The notes: generated by a model not told the origin, from the sequence alone. A DNA stretch of 64,000 nucleotides from Octopus vulgaris (GCA_951406725.2 OX597833.1:42780001-42844000); one strand, 5' to 3'. Numbered from the stretch's first letter, positions 28,001-41,209 are shown. Made by a program: numbers and translations.

Positions 28001-28130
28001 AGATATTCTGGGGCGGAAGGAGTGAGTTAAGTGTTTAGGTCAATTGTGTGTATGGCAAAACACAATAATGGTGACAGGAAGAGAAAAGATCGGAAGGATG
28101 AATGAACTTGAGTGGTAAGGTATGCAAGAA

Positions 28131-28362
28131 GGCGGCGAGCTGGCACAATCGTTAGCACGCCGGGCGAAATGCTTAGCAGTATTTCGTCTGTCGCTACGTT
28201 CTGAGTTCAAATTCCGCCGAAGTCGACTTTGCCTTCCATCCTTTCGGGGTCGATTAAATAGGTACCAGTTACGCGCTGGTGTCGATATAATCGACTTAAT
28301 CCGTTTTTCTGTCCTTGTTTGTCCCCTTTGTGCATAGCCCCTTGTGAACAGTAAAGAAAAAG
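28131..28362 (+). mobile_element. SINE family A monomer with 12-bp TSD
   Basis: TSD aaggtatgcaag at 28117-28128 and 28360-28371. Confidence 0.92.
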
Positions 28363-28601
28363 GTATGCAAGGAGTTAGTTTATTTATTGGAACAACATCC
28401 ATCGCAGTAATGGTAAAGTTGCAGAGAGATGAAACTGCACCTGTGAGTTCGTGGTTGAAAGTTAGTAGTGTTTGAACCTTTATCAATCCTTCTTTTTGAC
28501 TCAGTCTTGGATCTTCGTGAACGAAGTAGTAGTTCTCGTATTATGAGCATTATTAATATACGTGTGTTTATGTATGTATGTATGTATGTATGTATGTATG
28601 T

Positions 28602-29151
28602 CAGGTCCCTTTCGAGTGCTACTGGTAACATGGAACCCAGTAGAACCTGTTGCATGGTCGGGTCGTCGGCGACTAAACCGGCAACTCCACCAAGCTTGCT
28701 TCGTGAGGAGGGTGTTTATTGGACAACCTGCGGGATGATAAACAAAACCCGTCAAAGGGCGGAGGAACTCTTGAGAGTCAACGGCCATCCAATAAATGTC
28801 TTAAGGCTGTATCATGCGCGGGGACAGAAATAATCGGACTGAATACCCGATAGCGCGGTGAAACCATTAGGAGTGAAGGACTCCTAGCATTTGTTAGGGC
28901 ATCCTTCTAGGAGAAGTTAACTCAGGTAACTGGGATAACTCCGACATAAAACCTGCGGCTTAGTAGGTTACCGATGATATTGACTTGTTCTTCTTTTCGG
29001 ATTATGGCTGCTGTTATTTAGCGAGTGGGATTGACTCAGTGCACAGCCTTTCCTCACTTTAAACAAAATCTTCTTGTACAGGCATTGCACGATAACAATA
29101 TTGATTTAGCTTCGAGCAATGGCCATACTGGATAACGAGGGGGAAGCCACC
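28602..29151 (+). mobile_element. Non-autonomous bipartite RTE-derived element between (TATG)n arrays
   Basis: Structured GC-rich 5' part with RTE-UTR-like GGGCATCCTTCTAGGAGAAG; the last ~45 bp match the 3' end of the zinc-finger LINE at 46296-46340; ends in (TATG)n. Confidence 0.7.
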
Positions 29152-29280
29152 ATGTATGTATGTATGTATGTATGTATGTATGTATGTATGTATGTATGTA
29201 TGAATGTATGTATGTATGTATGTATGTATGTATGCATGCATGCATGTATGTATGTATGCATGCATGCATGCATGTATGTA

Positions 29281-29450
29281 TCTGTAGCCTCGGAATCAGC
29301 TTTCTCCTCTTTGGTTTTGAGAAGCCTAATTTCTCAAGGTTGGTATTTAGGCAGTCTGTTACATAATCCCAGTGCCCCAATTATCACAGGTATAAGCCTA
29401 AACTTGTAATCTGGATAGAGTAGCTATAAATACCTCACTAGTACAGCGTA
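29281..29450 (-). mobile_element. R4/Dong-like RLE LINE C-terminal fragment
   Basis: Translation YAVLVRYL*LLYPDYKFRLIPVIIGALG / YVTDCLNTNLEKLGFSKPKRRKLIPRLQ with one frameshift. Confidence 0.75.
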
Positions 29451-29478
29451 TGTATGTATGTGAGTGAGTGTATGTGTA

Positions 29479-29720
29479 GTGGAAGGCGCGTGACTCAGTG
29501 ATTAGGGTGTTGCACTCAATATCGTATTACTGGACCTTATGGTACGTTATATTCTAAAGCAAAAGCATTTCATTTCACGTTGCTTCAGCCAACTCAACTA
29601 TAAATGAATAACCCTGAGACGGACTAGCGCCCCGTCCAGGAGGAGGAGGTGGTTGTGACCTTTCTCACTTATATGCAACGGAACCAGAGAACAAGCCCTG
29701 CGAGTCCTAGGACTCCAGAG
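29479..29720 (+). mobile_element. Decayed tRNA-derived SINE with V/Meta-like central domain
   Basis: GGAAGGCGCGTGACTCAGTGATTAG head; aaccctgagacggactagcgccccgtccagg...atgcaacggaaccag; shares tttcacgttgct with the 30618 SINE. Confidence 0.6.
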
Positions 29721-29747
29721 AATAATGCCCAGAAGTTAATGCGTAAG

Positions 29748-29762
29748 TCTATCTATCTACCG

Positions 29763-29831
<69 letters not shown>

Positions 29832-29888
29832 ACCTTCCTCTCTCTCTTTCTCTCCTTCTCTCTTTCCCTATATATATATATATGTATG

Positions 29889-29924
<36 letters not shown>

Positions 29925-29995
29925 TATGTATGTATATATATATATACATATATATACATATATATGTATATATATATACATATATATATTTGTAT

Positions 29996-30070
<75 letters not shown>

Positions 30071-30075
30071 CATAT
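29748..30075. repeat. (CTAT)n, (CT)n and long interrupted (TA)n
   Basis: Direct repeats. Confidence 0.93.
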
Positions 30076-30312
30076 TTAAAATTGAGGATAAAATCTTTAT
30101 AAGAAATTATCAGTAGTTAGCGTGAAAAACCTCGTAAGAGAAAAAATCCGTAAATTTTTCCACTTTGAAAATATTTATTTATATTATATAGAGGTTACTA
30201 CTATTCATAGATACCGCACACTAGGAGGGACCCTTGCGGTCAAAACTAGTAAAATAAACAAAATTGTACCGAATGTAAAACTTCAAAGCAAGTCATTTAA
30301 AAAAAGAATTTA

Positions 30313-30376
30313 GCTACATATCACCTGTGATTTCGCAATTAATGCAGAATATGCATTCTATGCTCATCAGTGCAAC
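30313..30376 (-). ncRNA. Type I hammerhead ribozyme, intact core
   Basis: GUUGCA-CUGAUGA-GCA uag AAUGCA uauuc UGCAUU aau UGC-GAAA-UCAC ag GUGA-UA-UGUAGC; all three helices pair; AUA cleavage triplet. Confidence 0.85.
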
Positions 30377-30533
30377 AAACTCAAGACATATAAGAAAAAA
30401 CATAACATTACAAACCCGACAGCCAACCGTAGAATTCGTCGTAGCATGTACGAACGTTTATCTTTACATATCTATGAAAATGGCGGGCTTATTCGCAATG
30501 CATTTCGGTACGAAATTGCTTACTTGTACATTC

Positions 30534-30586
<53 letters not shown>

Positions 30587-30617
30587 ATATATATATTTAT
30601 TTATACACATAAATACT

Positions 30618-30953
30618 GAGGCCCCCTTCGGTCATGACTGGCCATGGGATTACACCTAGAAAGTTACACTCCCAGGCACAAATCCGGGCAAGGTTGTTTA
30701 TGAAAGACCAGCAGTCGCCTATGCACGCCGGCCTCCCCTCTCCACGCCACCAGTGTTATCCAGGGGGAAGGCAACGGCCGATACAGCTTGGCACCTGTGA
30801 CTTCGCAACTCATTTGTACAGCTGAGTGAACTGGAGCAACGTGAAATAAAGTGTCTTGCTCAAGAACACAACACGCCACCCGGTCCGGGATTCGAACTCA
30901 CAACCTCACGATTGTAAGCGCGACGCTCTAACTATTGAGCCTAATGCCTTCAC
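30618..30953 (-). mobile_element. tRNA-derived SINE family D
   Basis: Minus strand GTGAAGGCATTAGGCTCAATAGTTAGAGCG...GAGTTCGAATCCC head, then gttcttgagcaagacactt...cactcagctgtacaaatgagt conserved-domain-like segment, then GC-rich LINE-like remainder. Confidence 0.85.
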
Positions 30954-31219
30954 ATATATATATGTATGAATATACATACAAACACATCCACAAACTTATA
31001 TATATATGTTTGTATATGTGTGTGTATGTATATATATTCTACGATGAATTAGGAAACGGTGTCGCGTGACAATTCTGTAGATATTAATATTTTATAGGCT
31101 TAAGGCGATAACCATGTATTGACTGAAGAAAACATTTTTATATTGGGGCACATAAGCCCTCGACGGAAAGGAATGGGTTTTCCGTGTGCATGGGACTCGA
31201 ACCAACACCTCATATATAT

Positions 31220-31496
31220 ATATAAATTAGAGATTTATGCAATTCAAACAATGATAGACATAAACCAAAACATAAAAAACAAATGAAATATATTTTTATA
31301 AAACATATAACTAGATCACAAAAAGTATAAAAATAAATAATCAATATATAATAAGTATATTGATTATTCATTTTTACACTGTTTGTGATCTAGTTATATG
31401 TTTTATAAAAATATATTTTATTTGTTTTTTATGATTTGGTTTATGTCTATCATTGTTTGAATTGCATAAATTGTGGTTTTATCTCTAATTTATATT
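31220..31496. repeat. Long AT-rich palindrome (arms about 130 bp, loop about 6 nt)
   Basis: ataaattagaga...ataatcaatata is mirrored by tatattgattat...tctctaatttat, with a few mismatches and one ~10-nt indel. Confidence 0.92.
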
Positions 31497-31573
31497 TTAT
31501 ATATTTATATTGTGAAATTTGATTTAATACTAAATTGAATTTTTCCCTGTAAGTTTGGAGTTATACTCCCTAA

Positions 31574-31576
<3 letters not shown>

Positions 31577-31663
<87 letters not shown>

Positions 31664-31690
31664 CATCATTATTATTATTATTATTATTAT
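31577..31690. repeat. (ATT)n repeat
   Basis: Direct repeat. Confidence 0.97.
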
Positions 31691-31702
31691 AATATATATT
31701 GC

Positions 31703-32048
31703 CAACCACATGGTTCCAAGTTCAGTCCCACTGCGTGGCACCTTGGGCAAGTGTCTTCTACTATAGCCTCGGGCCGACCAAAGCCTTGTGAGTGGACTTG
31801 GTAGACGGAAACTGAAAGAAGCTTGTCGTGTATATGTGTATATATATATATGTATATATATGTGTGTGTGTCTGTGTTTGTCCCCCCAACATCGCTTGAC
31901 AACCGATGCTGGTGTGTTCATATCCAGAAACCGATAGAATAAGTACTAGGCTTACAAAGAATAAGTCATGGGGTCGATTTGCTCGACTAAAGGCGGTGCT
32001 CCAGCATGGCCGCAGTCAAATGACTGAAACAAGTAAAAGAGTAAAAGA

Positions 32049-32049
<1 letters not shown>
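31703..32049 (+). mobile_element. SINE family B (5'-truncated, small internal deletion)
   Basis: Matches the family B body and tail. Confidence 0.9.
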
Positions 32050-32106
<57 letters not shown>

Positions 32107-32870
32107 TTGCATAGTATGTGCATGTGTGCGTGTATATATGTGTGCATGTATGTGTTTGTAGTATGTATGTACATTAATTTGTCCGTATACGTATGTAAGT
32201 ATAGATGAAGTACAGCGTTTCGTTTTACTATTACTTCTTGAGCCATTCTCTAACTAATCGTAAATATTGAACCATAACACAACTGCTTCTATATCCTATC
32301 TGTATACAAAAGCCAACTCTAAATCCGACTCACTGCAATAGCGACCCAATGATCGTTTGTGTGTTTACCCTGTCATTCACTCTAATATTTACCATCATAT
32401 ATCGTTTGTTATTTTAGCATCTCCATTCTGAAGATGGCTACGCGTACGAACAAAAACGTAGTTAATCTGTCCTCTCGCGTTAATTCAGAAAACATATTCC
32501 ACACATTCCTATAGACAAAGCGTATGTTTCGACATTAAATTGTTTAACAGATGAAACTCAGGCAAACACGCACGCATGAACACACACACGCACACACACA
32601 CACACACACACGCATTCTTTCTCTCTCTCTCTCTTGATACACATACATACACACGTATACACAAACACCTATGCTCACGTCTGTTGGTATATTCTTGTAT
32701 ACCTAGCCAATATATTTTCTGTGTTTCTTAATTTCAACATTAATATGTGTATATATGTATGTACATTTACGTATGTGTGTGTGTTTGTGTGCTTGTGTCT
32801 ATGTATATATACATATATACACACATAGATGGAGATACATATATGCATTATATATATAGTATGTATGCAG

Positions 32871-32905
<35 letters not shown>

Positions 32906-32921
32906 ATATATATTTATATAC

Positions 32922-32961
<40 letters not shown>

Positions 32962-33473
32962 GTGTATATGAACATGTTAAATATGTATGTGTTTGCATTT
33001 GTATTTATGAGCTTACGCGTACATATTATACAAAAGTAATGGTTGCGAAGAATATTTCCAGACTATAACCATTATACCAAAATAGCGACTATCCCATTCT
33101 GCATGGAACTGTAGTTAACCTAATTCTAGAAGTAGTAGGAGTAGCAGTTCCAGTAGTCGTATCATTACCACCAACATAAAGATACGCAAAGATACAGTCA
33201 ACGCGGAAACATGTACTGAGTTGAAAAACCTGCTAGATTTAGCAACGAAAATATCCTTCAAATTACATGTCTTCATAAAAAGAAGGAGAGCATATCAAAT
33301 AATGCAGTTCTTACTCTACAATGTCAAGGAAAAGTCCTCAATAGCGGCAATTGAAATGCATTTGATTCATAAGTTTATAAGTTTATTCAGTCACGGTTGA
33401 CCTTAGGCTGTACGTGAACGACACAGACAAAAGCAAATTTAGAATTAACGACGATATCATTAACAATAATTAA

Positions 33474-33707
33474 GGTGGCGAGCTGGCAGAATCGTTAGCA
33501 CGCCGGGCGAAATACTTAGCAGTATTTCGTCTGTTGCTACGTTCTGAGTTCAAATTCTGCCGAGGTCGACTTTGCCTTTCATCCTTTCGTGGTCGATTTA
33601 ATTAAGTACCAGTTGCGCATTGGGGTCGATATAATCGACTTAATCCGTTTGTCTGTCCTTGTTTGTCCTCTCTGTGTTTAGCCCCTTGTGGGTAGTAAAG
33701 AAATAGG
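33474..33707 (+). mobile_element. SINE family A monomer with ~16-bp TSD
   Basis: tatcattaa(g)caataat at 33455-33470 and 33708-33724. Confidence 0.92.
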
Positions 33708-34132
33708 TATCATTAAGCAATAATAACAACTGCTTTGAAGAAAAATCTATGCTGTTGCTTGACTTGCTCTAAATAGCAACTAAATCTTCAAACTACTTCC
33801 CTGTCGTCTTAAAAACGAAGAAAAACATTGGATAAAATACACACAATACTTGGAAAATATTTGAAGAGTTGTGTTCTTGTACGACCTTCATCATAGGTCT
33901 ATTTGGGCATGATTGGCCTGGGATAGAACAACAATAATGATTACAAATGTTAGCATAAGATTAGTAATTTCGGGGGAGGGGGCAAGTTGATTACATAAAC
34001 TCCAGAACTCAACTAGTACTTGTCTTATCGACTCCGAAAGGAGGCAACGCAAATTCGACCTCGGTGGATTTTAAACTCTGAACGTTGAAACGGACTAAGT
34101 ACCAAATAATTTTCTTTTGCTTATTTTAGGTC

Positions 34133-34229
<97 letters not shown>
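34133..34229. repeat. (ATT)n repeat
   Basis: Direct repeat. Confidence 0.97.
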
Positions 34230-34230
<1 letters not shown>

Positions 34231-34925
34231 GAGGAATTATGTATTACTTTATCTGTGAAGGTACTAGACCTATTATTATTATTCTGATTAATTTTGGAGA
34301 GGTTATATATTAAAACGGACTAAGATTTTAAACTCTGAACGTTAAAACAGACTAAGTACCACTAAGCATTTCGCCGGGCATGCTAACGATTCTTCAAGTT
34401 TGATGCCTTACAACAACAACAACAACATGATTCTCTGTAATTTATTCCGACTCATGGCATTCTGAGATCAAATCCCCTAGAAGTCTCAGTTGTTTATTCC
34501 GACTCTCTACAGCCTGAGTTAAAATTCCGCTGCGATCAACTTCGACTTTCATTCTTTCAGGGTATCAGTTCAAGACGGTTTATTTGACCGAAGCTAGAGA
34601 ATGTCGGACATGATGTCTTGCAGTATTTGTTGAGCCTCTTTATGTTCTGAGTTCGAATTTCGTACTTAATTATTTGTGTAATAGACTTAAACCGTTATCC
34701 GGTTTAACACCACTACTTGGCATACTGAGTGTCTTTAACGGGTTCTTCTCTTTTGCAAGCATTCGAGCCAGGCTTCAATGAAACTGTCCTTATTTCCTGC
34801 CATTAATGTTGGAGGCCCTATAAGGACACAAACTTTCTTCTTCATTAAAATATATAAAAGAAATAATAAAAACAGTAGCAGCAACAGTAATATCATTAAA
34901 AATATACGGGAAACTGTTATAAAAT

Positions 34926-35109
34926 ATCGTGACATATATTTGCCATTTAAATATGGCTAACCCCTAAGGGTGGATGCTACTGTAGTTTGTAGCCTCAGGA
35001 GGACACCTCCTCCAGCTGGTTACAAACTGGCTCCGCCTGGGGCTACAAACTACAGTAGCATCCACCCTTAGGGGTTAGCCATATTTAAATGGCAAATATA
35101 CGTCACGAT
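34926..35109. repeat. Near-perfect inverted repeat, 74-bp arms with 36-bp spacer
   Basis: 34926-34999 is the reverse complement of 35036-35109 with 2 transitions. Confidence 0.93.
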
Positions 35110-35768
35110 GTGTTGCAACTACTGTTTATAACTCGCTCTACGATTTATTATTATTTTAAAATAACAACAACAAAAGCAATCCAGCAATATGAGCAACTAC
35201 AACAACACCAACAAGCAATTATCTCAAACCAGTCATCCTTGACTGGTACTTTATTTCATCCCTCTCAGAAGCAGTAAAGGCAAAACAGACACTGGCAATA
35301 TTTGAACTCAGAACGGAATGCGTTGGTACAAACACAGCTAATCATTTTGTCCAATGCGTTGACGATTTTGTTAATTCGCCATCTTAGATTACAGAGGATA
35401 TATCTAGGGCGGTGCTGCTACTATACACGCAAAGATTCCAAACTTCACCCCAAAAAATAATTCGTCCCTTGTAAGTAGCTGATTATCAGTAAAACTCGAG
35501 TATGACGATCTGCATGAGCGGACTTGATTTCATATATGGAATAGTGCTGCTACTATACATAATACAAGCATTCAAGGCTCTATGAGATAAAGAAAAGAAT
35601 GCCATCGAACTGATTGGTAAATGTTCACGCACTATAAAGCATTACACCCATTTGCCCATTGAAGTGTTGTATTTTCACTTTGTCTATTCTACTGCTGCTA
35701 GGACGGATGCTCTCTTCTGAAATAACTATGCATCAGCCGACTGAACTCCTTTTGTAATCCCTTTCAAG

Positions 35769-35812
<44 letters not shown>

Positions 35813-36160
35813 ACACACATACACACACAGAGAGGCATACGCGCAAACACATACAAATGTACGCACGCGCGTACAAACAAACAAGCAAACAAGCAAACAA
35901 AAAAGAGCAGGCCACCTAACTGGTTAGAAAGAAAATGTACACAGTCTATTGTTTACAACAACCGTTAGATCAATTACGTAGAAATACTAGCTAGAAATAG
36001 CAGCAAAAATCTCCCCCAAATCTCATTGTGTCATCTTACAAATAGCAGGACGTAAAATGGATTAGTTCTAGACATTGCTGTGTCTGGAAAATAAACGAGA
36101 TGGTCATGGCTAGAACGTATTTTATCATGTCTACTAGATAAGGGTTGATATAGAACTAAA

Positions 36161-36225
<65 letters not shown>

Positions 36226-36245
36226 GCAACAATAGCAACAACAAC
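36161..36245. repeat. (CAG/CAA)n repeat
   Basis: Direct repeat; a similar array lies at 17825-17885. Confidence 0.95.
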
Positions 36246-37036
36246 TGCATCACATTAAGTCTTCTTTTTCAGATCTCTAAGCTTCTTTAACCGCTGTTTC
36301 TGTTGTTCCGTTTACTACAGACTTGAATCGTTACAGGTTAAGTAGCTACTCTGTGTTGATAAACTCAGAAACCGGTCCACAGATGTTGTTTTGCGCTAGA
36401 TGGGAGTTCTGAACCCCTTGCTCGAAAATACAAGGACGCAAATATTGTATCGTATAGACAGATGGAAACGATGTTTCTTGGAGCTAAACAACAGTAGCAT
36501 CGTCCCTTCTAGGACAGCCACATTATGTTGCAAATAGCCTTTACTTTACTTTACCTTAAAGAACCGTTTCTGAATAAATCTTAGAGATTTCTTCTGACTC
36601 TTTACGTTCTGAGTTAAAATTTCGCCGAAGTCGGCTTTCTTTTATCTTTTCAAGATCGATAATTAAAGTACCGATCAAGTACCGGCGCCTATGAAACCGA
36701 CTAACCTATGCACCCCCACCCCCCACAAAAGCTGCTGGCCCTGTGCCAAAATCTAAAACCATTATTTTGAGTGGTTCACTTATCTAGATTTCACAAAGCT
36801 AGAAAATATTCCGGTTTCCATAGAAATAGAGGAAATAACTTAACGAGGAAAGAAACATTTTATAAAAGTAAGGAAATAGTTCTGTATGATGTCATTTCGT
36901 AATCAATGAGTGTATTGTTCCAAGAAAGGTTTCTCGTGATTCATAAATCATGTTGACGCCTCTGTGTGACACCCCACCCCCACGATGAACCTGCAAGTAA
37001 ATCGCCCTCAAATTGCAGGCATGGCTGTATGTTAAG

Positions 37037-37560
37037 AAGGCGACGAGCTGGCAGAAACGTTAGCACGCCGTGCGAAATGCGTAGCCGTATTTCGTCTGCC
37101 GTTACGTTCTGAGTTCAAATTCCGCCGAGGTCGACTTTGCCTTTCATCCTTTCGGGGTCGATTAAATAAGTACCAGTTACGCACTGGGGTCGATGTAATC
37201 GACTTAATCCATTTGTCTGCCCTTGTTTTCCCCCTCTGTGTTTAGCCCCTTGTAGGTAGTAAAGAAATAGGTATTTAGTCTGTTTTTTATGTTCTGAGTT
37301 CAAATTCCGCCGAGGTCGACTTTGCCTTTCATCATTTCGGGGTCGATAAATTAAGTACCAGTTGCGCACTGGGGTCGATATATAATCGACTTAATCCGTT
37401 TGTCCCCTCTATGTTTAGCCCCTTGTGGGCAGTAAAGAAATAGGTATTTTGTCTCTTTTTATGTTCTGAGTTCAGATTCTGCCGAGGTCGACTTTGCCTT
37501 TCATCCTTTCGGGGGCAATTAAATAAGTACCAGTTGCGCACTGGGGTCGATATAATCGAC
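37037..37560 (+). mobile_element. SINE family A head-to-tail trimer (one head, three cores)
   Basis: Core repeated at about 37105, 37290 and 37462, joined through aaagaaataggtattt. Confidence 0.9.
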
Positions 37561-38268
37561 ATGTACATGTGTGTGTGTGTGTGCCTTTGTGTTTGTCCGA
37601 CCGCCACTTAACAACCGGTGTTGGTTAACATCTCGACACAGGACCCGATATAATAGTACCAGACTCAAAATATAACTAGGGTCTATTTGTCCGAGGGTAT
37701 CTCCATCAGTGGCTGTAGTCCAATGAGTGAAACAAATAACTGGTAAAAGAAAAGAAAAAAAATAAGCAGATACACTGATGACTACAATCTATAGATATAT
37801 TCTATAGTACAACATAACATTGAAAAACAAAATTCTATACCACACAGACATGTCTGCTACTCTTTGCTATGAGTTATGTAAAGGAATATTTTTCTTTTCT
37901 TTTGTAGTGCATTTGGGAATATGCTGGAGTTGGTCTGGTGTTGATAATTTGTGAAATTTGATATAGAATTTGGCACGACGCTGTTCATTTGAGTCTTTAC
38001 TTTTAGAAACTTCGCGTCTGGGCTTTACATTTGCACTTTCATATCAGTGTAGGCCTACAGTAGAACTGCGTGTGACACCATACGAATACTCGACTTTTAT
38101 ACAGGCATTCTGTAGACTTTCATTCAAACTAAGCCATTTAATTCTAAGCAAATTCTTTTCAGATAATATATAATACCTTACCTCTTACTTATTCTCTCTC
38201 CTTCTGTCTGTTTGTTTGTCTCTCTTTCTCTCACTCTCTCTTACTGCATATCTATGTGTTTATGTATG

Positions 38269-38316
<48 letters not shown>

Positions 38317-38326
38317 CATACATGTA

Positions 38327-38390
<64 letters not shown>

Positions 38391-38398
38391 TATATATA

Positions 38399-38892
38399 CA
38401 GGATAGAGTGAATAATTACGCAAAACTGAAAATAACACTGACATCTCATTTTAACAGATATATTTACCAAAAATTGCATAAAAATTTCTTGAAATAATAA
38501 AGAGTAAATTTATTCAATAAAATCGCCATTAGCTTCAACCACAGCCTCCAGACGACTGCAGAAACTCCTGCAACTCTTCTGGGCAGCCTTGTTTAAGTTG
38601 GTGAATGCTGCCATAATCCGTGCCTTCAGTTCATCTTTGGTGTTACCAGGAGTTTTGTTGGTCTCTCGCTCAACTGCGCCTCACACATAATAATCAAGGG
38701 GATTGCAGGCTAGGGAGTTAGGTGGCCAGATGTTAGGGGTGATGTAGTCGCAGAAATTGTCTAACAGCCATGACTAGGTTCTCCTGCCTGCTTGGCATGG
38801 TATAGAGTCCTGTTGCTTGACATGGGGTCTTCCAGCAGCCATCCTCTTGACGCAGTGCAGCACTACCTCCTCCAAGCACTTCATGTAAGCAC
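38399..38892 (-). mobile_element. maT-type (DD37D) Tc1/mariner transposase 3' remnant with terminal repeat
   Basis: QQDSIPCQAGRRT*SWLLDNFCDYITPNIWPPNSLACNPLDYY: 37 residues between the two D residues; continues to RLEAVVEANGDFIE*; ends at TA|CAGG. Confidence 0.88.
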
Positions 38893-38952
38893 TCTGTATA
38901 TGTGTGTCTATGACGTGTATCTGTGTTGTGTTCGTGTGTATTGTGTGTGTCT

Positions 38953-39019
<67 letters not shown>

Positions 39020-39348
39020 GGTGTGAGTTTGTGTACGCATGCGTGCCTGTGTGCATAAAAATGGAGAAAAAAAATAACGCAGAATGGCCAGTAGCATGTA
39101 TTTGCACAACAATGATGAAGAAAAGAATATTTCATATTGTACATGGTTAGTTCTTGATTTACTGAAATTATTTTACATCTTGTCTTCTACAATGCTTAAT
39201 ACACATATATTAGCCTTTGTTGTTCAAGTATATGCCACAGGCTACTTCGATTTACTTCCTTTTAGTACATTCTCCCTCGGCCTCAAATGCGTTCTAATAA
39301 TTTTAGTGCATGTCTAAATATCTCGTTTTGCTGGAGATGATTTAGATA

Positions 39349-39414
<66 letters not shown>

Positions 39415-41075
39415 ATGTATGTATGTATTATGTATGTATATATATGCTGGTAATTTATCCATAAGTCAGGGAAAAAACACGCGAAAAGACATTTTGAGCA
39501 TTTATATTTTTATGTAATCGAATAGTACATCCGGTATGTCAGAACGCCATCATTAGTTTCGAAACTGCTGTTGCACTGGGTAAAGATTTAACTAATTTAC
39601 ATGCTATTATAGATTTATATCAAATGGATTACTCTACTTAAAACATACCTACACCACCAAATAAACTATATCTCATGATGCTACTTGAGTACGTTGAAGA
39701 TCTCGTGAAACGGATGAAATTGAAAGCCATATTTTTTGATTCCACGTTCCTCTTATACAGGGCGTTATGATTTAAAAACCCTCCTATAGTAAATACCGTT
39801 CTACAGTGAAAGTATTAGTCCGTTTTAAGTTAGACCTCTTTAATTTAGTGAAAAATATTAGATTCCATAAGTATCATAACCCCTTTCAAACTAGAATGAA
39901 ATCTGATATTTATAACTTTAGAAGTTCTAAAAAGAAGTTCATAATTTCGGATAAAACTTATACCTATATGAAACTACTGATGATCTATATACGTTGCTAA
40001 AAGGCATCATTTTCACTAATTATAAGAAAGCTAACGTAAAGAGATACAATGATGTAAATGATGAGGCTAAATTCCTCGCTAAATGTAGTAATATCGACGA
40101 TAGATTAGAATGCTTAGCTAAGAGAGAAGTTTTATTACTTTAAAAGACTATAAACCTAATTTTCATGATAAATCTACTCATGGATTCTTAAACCCAGCAA
40201 GATCTGAAATAGAGGTAGTAGCTAAAAGAATACTAAGAAACATTAATAATAAAATTAGAAAAATTACTGGGTTTCAACAATGGAATAACAGTTTTATTGT
40301 AATAGATTGGTTTAAGAACATTAAGAATATGAATAAGGTTAAATTCATCCACTTCGACATAATAGATTTTTATCCCTCTACTCATAGATGCTGCTGAATA
40401 TAGCCATTGAGTTCGCTAAATCATATGTTGATATTGACTCTTTAGACTTAGATTTTATCAGGTGTGCGCGGAAAACACTTGCTTAGCAAAGGATTAACTT
40501 GAGTAGAAAATGTCGCATTATGATGAACTATTTGATGTATCTACGACGTCGTACGATAGAGCTGACGCCTGTGACTTTGTGGGTTTATTTGTATTAAACA
40601 CATTGAGATCTAAGTACCCGCCTCATGACGTTGGTCTATATTGAGTCGACGGTTTGGGTATTTCCCATGGGTGTGATGGTCACACCCTTGATAGATTTAG
40701 GAAACAACTTATTTCTACCTTAAGTCAATTAGGCCTTCAAATTACAGTTGCTACTAATCTGTCTGTATTTGATTTTTTAGATGTTTCTCTAGACCTGAAC
40801 TCCACGTATAAACCTTTCCATAAGCCTAATGAGAAACTCGCCTGTGTACCTAAACAGTCTTGTCATTATCCTGCAATTTTTAAAAACCTGATAGCTAATA
40901 TCAATTAGTAACAGAGTGTCTAAACTTTCTTCCTCTAAAGAAATTTTCAAGAAAGCAGCCCCCTACTATAACAATGTCTTAACCAGTAGTGACTTCAAAG
41001 ATAAATTAATATATAACCTTTCCAATATTAATCAGAATAATAATAAATAATAGATGTAGTACTTTCAAAGATAAA

Positions 41076-41076
<1 letters not shown>

Positions 41077-41114
<38 letters not shown>

Positions 41115-41123
41115 GTAATAGTA

Positions 41124-41209
<86 letters not shown>

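Noticed and set aside
28602-28690. HDV-like ribozyme at the 5' end of the RTE-derived element
   Set aside because: GTCG/CGAC followed by TAA resembles P4-J4/2, but I could not place P1, P3 and L3 in the required order.
32425-32466. att-CTGAAGA...AAA-cgtag-TT-aat hammerhead-like spacing
   Set aside because: GAAA and helix II are not intact; too degenerate to support.
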